Notes under the pieces: model-generated
Seen by the model: only the letters and a program-made list of their open reading frames with translations
What the model was told of the DNA's origin: nothing
Databases searched by the model: none
Shown: positions 55,349-64,000 of the stretch, piece by piece
How the letters are laid out: each line of letters begins with the position of its first letter
Numbering within the stretch: position 1 is the first letter of the stretch
NCBI GenBank assembly: GCA_021613535.1
Contig: CP075497.1
Coordinates: forward strand, 11,780,001 to 11,844,000
Length of the DNA: 64,000 nt
Source of the DNA: Adineta vaga
Lineage: Eukaryota > Animalia > Rotifera
Direction of reading: 5' to 3'
Position numbers and translations under genes: made by a program

Positions 55349-56502
55349 TTATTCAGCAGAGCCAACAAGTTTTTCTAAACCTGGACATCGACATACATCA
55401 CATCGACGAAAAACAACATCCCATGGCCATGATTCCCAATTTTCAAATAAAATATGATTAATATCATTCACTTCATAAGGTTCATAATTTCTTTTCTTTA
55501 AAAAATCTAACATATCTTCGATTTTTTTCATCATTCCTCGATGATATTTGATTTCAATTAATTTGCCAAATTCCATATAAATCGCAGGAATCTCCGTTCG
55601 ATTAAACAATAACGATGCATTACCAAATGCTAACGCTTCATAACCTTCGATATCGATTTTTAAAATTGCACGTTTGAAAAATACTGGAAAAATCGATACT
55701 AAATCATCTAATGTTATTGTATCAACTTCAGCTAAAACTCGCGGTGCCATTCCTCCTTGTTGTTCATCGACTATCTTTTCTAATTTCTTATCTGCTGGTG
55801 CTAATTCATCTAAATAAGATATATACGAAGCACCTAAGTTTTTATCGACAATATTTAATGCTAAACGTTCATGTTTTGTTCCAATTGCATTGGCAACAAG
55901 TGTAACTTGATGTTGAACATTATTCAATTGAATTGATTTATGTAAACGTATCAATGAATCATATAAAGGTTCGACTGCAACCACATGACGATCATATTGT
56001 GTTGCTAATAGTGTATATAAACCAAGATTTGCACCGATATCAATGACATCTAAAACAAAACTTGAATGAAATGTTTGTCTTCGATTGATTTTGACTTACG
56101 TGTATTGGGTAATGTTCGTAATAAACGAAGAAAACTTCGAACAACAACTGGTTCCCATTTACCATGATCATTCAATTGTCCACTAACATGTTCATCATGT
56201 TGAGGATCATAGATACATATTTTAACATCTTGTATATCTGCTTCATTGTATTTCGTTTTTGGACATTGAAAATTCCATTCACTATCTTGAGTTATGTCGT
56301 AAAGTGTAATAACACCTCCATTGGATGTTTCATGTTGATATAATTGTGATTGACGAAAATTAATTGTTTGATTGTATTCAGTTGATAAGAGATGAAAATT
56401 CCCGAAGACAAGACGGGGGAAAAGACGATTTTTGTTGGAAATTAAAAGATAAGTAAGAAAAAAAAGAAAAATAACAATGAAGTAACGTTTGATTAATTTC
56501 AT
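55349..56502 (-). CDS. FkbM-family methyltransferase with N-terminal TM anchor, 2 exons
   Basis: VIDIGANLGLYTL, VAVEP, ITLDDL, LKIDIEGYE, IYMEF. Confidence 0.85.
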
Positions 56503-57050
56503 TGTTTCATCGAGAAAAAGTGATGTTGAACGAAGTTGTCGATGAGATTTGAAAAGCATTGAATAACTTCACTTCATCGCTGATACTTGTCATAATGAGT
56601 CAAATTCTAGAATGAATGTCATTACATATTCTCGTATTCGATACAGTACAAAAGAAATCGAACAAATCAATACACCACTTGCATAGATGTCTCTACTCTC
56701 AATTGTTGAAAAAATTCATCACGTTGTCGAATGAATATTAATCTTATATTTCCATACGTAATGCACTTCGTATAGAGAAAACGTTAATTTCAAAGATTTA
56801 TTCATTTCCTGAATATAAATTATCAATCATAAACATAATTATTAACATCTTCTGATTCATTTCTAGATTTAGGGATGGAGATGGGAGGTGTTCTCATCCG
56901 TCCAAGAACTTGTTGTAACTCTTTCCCATAGTAATTATGTCATTCCAAACTATCTCTAAACTCCTATTGATTCATACGATTTTCAAAGACTATTTTCATA
57001 TTGATTTCACTGAAGATTTTCTATTTAGCTATGTGATCTACAACATTGCG

Positions 57051-57272
57051 TCAACGAAAAGAGATTGATAAAAAATTGATTCCAAATGCGACCACCACAA
57101 TAGCAGCAACTATTGCTTGTAAGTTTCTAATTCTTTTTACGTACAAAGAAGATTCAGCTTCAACCCATAATCGTACGGATTTTCCCAAAAACGTAATAGA
57201 TGTGAATATTACACAATATATGACCAACAAAGTTTGCCATAGGAGAAATTTGATAGCTTCCATGATTGTCAT
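57051..57272 (-). CDS. Small orphan 2-TM protein, copy A (C-terminal frameshift relative to copy B)
   Basis: Frame and hydrophobic pattern conserved with 59790-60026 despite many substitutions. Confidence 0.5.
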   Translation of the reverse strand: MTIMEAIKFLLWQTLLVIYCVIFTSITFLGKSVRLWVEAESSLYVKRIRNLQAIVAAIVVVAFGINFLSISFR

Positions 57273-57679
57273 ATTGATTTCTTCTGTGTAAAGTGAATGG
57301 ATTGTTTCGTCTTTCTCGTGTTTACTAAAGTCGTGTAGAGAAAGAGAAAATTTTCGTTTTATACTTTTGTAAACAAAAAACAAACGAGACGGTCGACTTA
57401 TTTGAATCTATCATAATGAAAAATAGCTTAATTAATTCAAAAGTTATTCGTAATAAATAGTAGATTAATAATTGAAGTGGATGTAACTAACAACATCAAA
57501 TACGTTGACTATATTTCGAGTAGTAATAATTATGTGATGAATAGAACGAAGAGATAGAGAAAGTTCGTTTATTTTCGATGTAAGAATCGTTCATCGAGAG
57601 TTTTTTTTAAATATTTATGTATTCTCTGATGAATCTAAATATTATGAAAACGATTGATTCTTTTTTTAGTGGGAAAACT

Positions 57680-58704
57680 ATGACGAAAATTCAATTACAT
57701 CCTGTTCAATAACATTCATCAATGAATAGTAATTCAATACTTAATTTTCTTAATCAATTCGGGTATGATTTTTAAGAAATCCAGGCAAAACTTTCCTTTA
57801 AATACATCTATAAAACAACGAGGTCATTAGCAACAGATTCTGACTATTCTTTTTACTGCAAAATTGTATAAATATGAAATTCATGTATACTGTTAATTGA
57901 TTTCTCTGATTATCGAAAATATTTTGTTTAGATTGAAAACAAAGATGAGCCACATTTTTACTTGGTATCTTCGAATACCATTTGTGCACGTTTTGATATT
58001 CATATCATGTATTGCATTCTGTATCTGGCCACAACTAGTTAATATAAGAACTGAAAACGTCACTGAATTAGTATTCTCGAAATTGAATCAATCATCAGTA
58101 CTATATACACCTTATGAATTAGCTTTGGAAAGTAAGTCAATTTATATTATGTCATCTGATGAGGATAAGAATGTTTTGCGAATTTAAATAAACGTACGAC
58201 ATTTAGAAAAATATTCTTTGACAGAGACTATCGTTTAAAAGGTTCATTTCAGTGATTCCATTTCTATTAATGCTAATTCGATTTTATTATTTCTTTTTAG
58301 TCCGATGTTTATTGTCTCCGATAACCTTCACTGACAATGTCAGCAGTTATACATCCATGAACGATATCAATGTGATTCTATGTTTTATTTCTCTTTTCTT
58401 AATTTGTTTCGTTCAATCATACTTTGACAATATTTCTTGGAAATATCTTAAAAATCCTTATCAATGGTATTGCTGGGGTCGACGAATACTCATATTTTTT
58501 GTTAGTTCTTCTATTTTGAATCAAATGATTGGTGCAACTGCTTGTCGACCAGTCGAAATTTTCTACGACTTTCAACATATCTTGATGTTCACACTACAAT
58601 TGTTCAACTTTCTAAACTGTAATGGTTTTGCTTTCTTTCTTGGTGTTAAATATGCATCGGTGAAATATGAACATCGAGTATCAACATACGACGATACATT
58701 TTGA
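57680..58704 (+). pseudogene. Orphan multi-TM protein, copy A (TAA at codon 11; in-frame ATG at 57722 may rescue it)
   Basis: Same three-exon structure as 60389-61252; CAA in copy B is TAA here at 57710. Confidence 0.6.
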
Positions 58705-58925
58705 AAAAAGAACATTAAAATCACAAAAAGTTTGCTTTGTTTTCGTTTTGTTCAAAGATAATTTTATATTGCTGAACTTATCTTATAAATATAAAGAAAA
58801 GTGAGGAAAAAAACACACCAATAATATAAAAAAAACCAATAACGAAGAAAGAAAAAATTGTTCATTAGATATAGTACAAAATGAAACGGAATGATATGAA
58901 GACTTGTGTATTTCTCACACTGTGT

Positions 58926-59300
<375 letters not shown>

Positions 59301-59789
59301 TTACCGCTATCGTATATGTTCTCGTATTCGATACAGTACGAAACAAATCGAACAAATTAATATATTACTTTGGCAGTTGTTTCGTTAAAAATTTCATCAC
59401 ATTGAAAAATGAATATATTTATTTTACATAGATGATGCATATTAAGTATGAAAAACATTATTTTCATATATTGATTCATTTTCTGAAGGATGTGAAATGG
59501 CTTCATTCTTCCTTATAAGTCGTGAAAATTTCGTCAATTCGTACTCCGTTGTATCTGTATAATAAGTCATCATTCGTTCGAAGAATCGCTTCAACTATTT
59601 TTTACAATAATCATGTTTATCACAATCATCTTCGTTTAAAACCTGGAATCATTACTTATAGTTCATTATGTAGATTGTCAGAATAGTTACTGATGTACTG
59701 TAGATATTCATCAAACTTTTTCTTTTAAACGAGTAGGAACGAAAACCAATGAATGATTCAATTAATCGCAAAAGTTATTGTTAGTTGTT

Positions 59790-60026
59790 CTATCTCATTC
59801 CGTCAAGGAAAAGAAATTGATAAAAATTGCTGATTCCAAATGTGAATATCACAATTATAGAGACGATTGATTGTATATTTTTAACTGTTTTCACATACGG
59901 AAAATATGGAGCCGCAACCCATACTCGTACCAGCTGCGCCAGGAACGTAACGCATGGTAATACTACACAACAAAAGACCAAAAAAAATTGCCGAAGGAAA
60001 AATTTAAGGTATTTTATGATTGTCAT
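59790..60026 (-). CDS. Small orphan 2-TM protein, copy B (78 aa)
   Basis: Two hydrophobic segments; paralogous to 57051-57272. Confidence 0.5.
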   Translation of the reverse strand: MTIIKYLKFFLRQFFLVFCCVVLPCVTFLAQLVRVWVAAPYFPYVKTVKNIQSIVSIIVIFTFGISNFYQFLFLDGMR

Positions 60027-60388
60027 ATTGATATCCGTATAAACTAAGAGAATTGTTTTGTTGTTCTCGTGTTCAATAAAGTGATGAAAAATAAAATAAA
60101 ATTTTCCTTTCGTATATTCTCTTCGATTTATCTCTTTGGATGGACACTTTCTACTCCTATAGTCATTTTCGTAAACACGAAAGAAACGAAAGGGTTGACT
60201 GATTTCGTCTTATACTATCGATTGAGAAAGAATTGAACGAATTTCATCCTTTACAAAAAATTTAAAAAAAATGTATTGTAATTTTCGTCAAGAGATTTCT
60301 GAAAGAGTTGTTTTTGATAATATTGAAATTTTTGTTCGTGAAAATATTTATTGTGAAAAAGATGAATTCTTTTGTTAGAAGGAAAAGA

Positions 60389-61252
60389 ATGACGAAAATT
60401 CAATTACTTACTGATCAACAATATTTATCAATGAATAGCAATTCAATATTCAATTTTCGAAATCAATTCGGGTATAACTTAGCAAAATATTTTGATGACA
60501 ATAAAATACTTTTTACTGATTATCGAAAATATTTCGTTTAGATTGAAAGCAAAAATGAGTCATATTTTTACCTGGTATCTTCGAATACAATATGTGTACG
60601 TTTTGATATTCATATCATGTATTGCATTTAATATCTGGCCACAACTAGTTAATATAAGAACTGAAAGTATCGATAAATTAGTATCCTCAAAAACAAATCA
60701 ATCAACAGTACAATATACACCATATGAATTGGCTCTACAAAGTAAGTCAATTAAAATTTTCAAAGAATTTGACAAGTAAAATGTAACAAATATTGTCAGT
60801 CTCACAGAAACTATTATATTTTAATACGATCTCAATATTTCCTTTTAGATCGATGCTTATTATCATCAACGTCCTTTATTGACAATATCAGCAGTTATAC
60901 ATCCATGAACGATATCAATGTGATTCTATGTTTTATTTCTCTTTTCTTAATTTGTTTCGTTCAATCATACTTTGACAATATTTCTTGGAAATATCTTAAA
61001 AATCCTTATCAATGGTATTGTTGGGGTCGACGAATACTCATATTTTTTGTTAGTTCTTCTATTTTGAATCAAATGATTGGTGCAACTGCTTGTCGACCAG
61101 TCGAAATTTTCTACGACTTTCAACATATATTGATGTTCACACTACAATTGTTCAACTTTCTAAACTGTATTGGTTTTGCCTTTTTTCTTGGTGTTAAATA
61201 TGCATCGGTGAAATATGAACATCGAGTATCAGCATACGACGATACATTTTGA
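60389..61252 (+). CDS. Orphan multi-TM protein, copy B (intact, 3 exons)
   Basis: MTKIQLL..NQFG|LKAKMSHIFTWYLRIQYVYVLIFISCIAF..ELALQ|NRCLL..NDINVILCFISLFLICF..GATACRP..FAFFLGVKY; about 4 hydrophobic segments; canonical introns. Confidence 0.7.
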
Positions 61253-61473
61253 AAAAAGAACATTAAAATCACAAAAAGTTTGCTTTGTTTTCGTTTTGTT
61301 CAAAGATAATTTTATATTGCTGAACTTATCTTATAAATATAAAGAAAAGCGAGGAAAAAAACACACCAATAATATAAAAAAAACCAATAACGAAGAAAGA
61401 AAAAATTGTTCATTAGATATAGTACAAAATGAAACGGAATGATATGAAGACTTGTGTATTTCTCACACTGTGT

Positions 61474-63272
61474 TTAACTTTCTCCAGCAAATGTATTTCC
61501 TTCAGCACCAGTTATAATAACATCAACCCAAATACGCATTGATTCGACAGTTGGTGCAACTAAATAATAAGGACGTTCTATTGTTTTCACAATAAATGTT
61601 GCTTCACGTGGTTCCGGTGAACGTAGTGAAATTGATTGTAAATGATCGACATAAACTTCCACAATGGATTGAAAATAAATACAACCACGTAATTTTGTTT
61701 CCGTTTTATCTTGATAATAAAATAATGAACGACGTTTTCGATCAAATACAAACCAACGACGATTCCATGTCTTAAATTTCATTCCACCCATTTTAAGAAG
61801 AAAACCACGACACGATGTCGAAGTTATATGAATATGAGAAGAATCTAATAAATGACCAGCACCTTCAATATGAGCACGTAAATCAAAATCAACTGAACGA
61901 ATTGGTAAATATCGTGTTAATGGACGTTCCTGTGAAATCAATAATACAATGTAATCAGTTGAAAATAGACGAGAAAGTGTTTTACCTGTACTCGATTCTT
62001 TTCACGTAGTTTAACTTGACGTTCGATGAGATAATCTCGATTTTGAATTTCATTAGCTAATTTTTGTTCTAATTCAACACGTTTTACATGTTCATCATGA
62101 CATCGAACAAGTTCATCATAACGTTCGCGTAACTAAAAGAATTGATTGTTAAGAAAAGAACAACGTATTTTTCGTTTGAATTCATTTACTTGTTGTTCAA
62201 GAACTGTCATTTTTTCAAGTTTAGCAACAGCAATCATTTCTTTCAATTCATTTAATTTCTCCTGATGATTATCTTTCAAATTCATCCTAAGAAAAGAGAA
62301 CATAATAATCAATCAATTCTTTCTTCTTCAACAAAATTTTACTTCGATGATGAAATACTATCTGAATAATTCAATGTATTATAAAGATTTGATGGAGATG
62401 AATGATACATTAATGCAGTTCCATTTAACCAACCATCTAAATTGATAAATTTAACTTTGGAGTTTTGTCTCTATGAAAAATTACCTTTAGAACTATGTTG
62501 ACCGTTTTCGTAAAGTTTCTTGTCGTGATTTATAGCTGAAGATAATCCATTGAGTTTTTGTTCTAATTCATTAGCTTCGAATTTCTTTTGTTTGAATAAT
62601 AATTTCAATTTTTGTTTTTCTCGTTCGAGTTTTTCTTTTTCAATAATCACTTGATGTAAAATAATGTTTTGTTGATGATCAAGATCACGTAACGTATTCT
62701 ATAAGAGAAGATGTACTTGAAAGTTTTATTTATAATTAACTAAATCTACTTGTCGAAGTTTAGAATTTTGTGCAACAATGATTTGTTCGTGTTGAAAATG
62801 TTCTTCCGCTTGTTCGAGTTCTGCTTCACAGCGTGTTTCTAATTCCATTAATTGAAATTCGAGATCTTCATGTTTTCTTCGTGTCTCAGCGAGAATTTCT
62901 TTCTTTCTAGACAACATAATCATTGATTAAATAGAACATAAAAGAAAGATTACACTACTCACTTGAGAATCTTATCGTCTGACGGTCGATATTGTTCTTC
63001 GAGTTCACGTAATTCATATTCTAGTTTATAGAGTATCTGTTGTGTATATTCAATTTCATTACGAATCTAAAAAACAAAACCTCATCTCAAAATATACGAT
63101 TTCATTAACAAAGAATTCTTACAGAAGATTTTTCCGACATGATACGATCAGTTAATAATTGTAAATCATTATAAATATGTCGAATTTTTTCTTGATCACC
63201 TTCACTATCGTCTAAAATTTGTTTGAAAACTAATTCGTGTTCACCTTCGACTAGAGCACGTTCAATTTCCAA
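61474..63272 (-). CDS. PHLDB: Pleckstrin homology-like domain family B (LL5-type) protein, 3' coiled-coil and PH exons; further 5' exons likely
   Basis: [82 protein letters not shown] matches PHLDB1/2; upstream exon LEIERALVEGE. Confidence 0.92.
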
Positions 63273-64000
63273 CTAAATAAGAAGAGAAAGTAAATGAACA
63301 GGTGAAAAGAAGATATCGATGTCAATGGGCTTTTCGCATGCACATCTGGTAACAAGATGTTTATTCTCATATCAACACGCACGATCAATAAATTAGATGA
63401 GAGAGAGAGAGAGAAAGGAAAGAAATATCATGCAAACCTGTAAATGTCTGACGATCTTGGGAGAAAATGATCGTTGACTAGTAATTGCCTTATTTCGATT
63501 TTCATGGTGAGAAAAGGGAACAACTGTGAAGCAAATTATTTTAATGAAATTGACAAGTTGTTTTAATTGGTTTTAAGGTGAAAATATCAACTGAAGAATG
63601 GTCAATCGCTGATGATGATGATGATGATGATAAACTCATAGACTGATCTTGAAAAATGACTGTGTCTAAATAATTGAGGGTTGAACATTGAAAAGAAAAA
63701 GATAGATATCAGTGAATAAAGTTCTCCTAGAAATGATAAGATGTATCATTTACATACTCCGAATGGTATGTGCTACATTAGAAAGAAGAAAATGGATAAC
63801 AACAGTCATCGATATCATTATTCATATCATCATCATCATCGAATGTAATCACAACAGGAAACAGACAGACAACAGCACTGTTCATCATTAGTTTTCTTTT
63901 CCTTCTCTTCGATTGCGTATGTATCGTTGTCTAACCTATAAATAATACTCGACTACGTAATCATTTTTCTTTCTCATTCTTTTATTTCGAAAGAGACAAC

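Noticed and set aside
55349-56502. FkbM methyltransferase as a horizontal transfer
   Set aside because: Membrane-anchored FkbM-like proteins occur in other invertebrates; origin cannot be judged without a phylogeny.

Overview
AT-rich, gene-dense eukaryotic DNA with very short (~45-65 nt) GT-AG introns, a two-exon rhodopsin-like GPCR expansion, F-box relics and non-metazoan-looking enzyme genes. This pattern points to a bdelloid rotifer (Adineta/Rotaria-like); the assignment is an inference. Genes read from the sequence: CCS (truncated), LIN7, IER3IP1 (missed by the ORF track), EXOC4, a GH168/GHL15-like secreted hydrolase, p24/TMED, MNX1, four intact GPCRs plus two GPCR pseudogenes, SHPK, an MAO-like oxidase, MRPL1, a clade-D beta-carbonic anhydrase, a signal-peptide GNAT, a Ly6 protein, SLC46, SDF4, a smoothelin-like CH protein, an arrestin-domain protein, GTF3C5, an FkbM methyltransferase and PHLDB. 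Most notable: (1) runs of same-strand genes with 55-260 nt stop-to-start gaps and a splice acceptor just before most ATGs, suggesting trans-spliced operons; (2) three local duplications with patchwork identical and diverged tracts, suggesting gene conversion; (3) an EXOC4 pseudogene eroded by microhomology-flanked deletions; (4) a duplicated head-to-head pair of orphan membrane-protein genes. Exon boundaries were derived by eye and no database searches were run.
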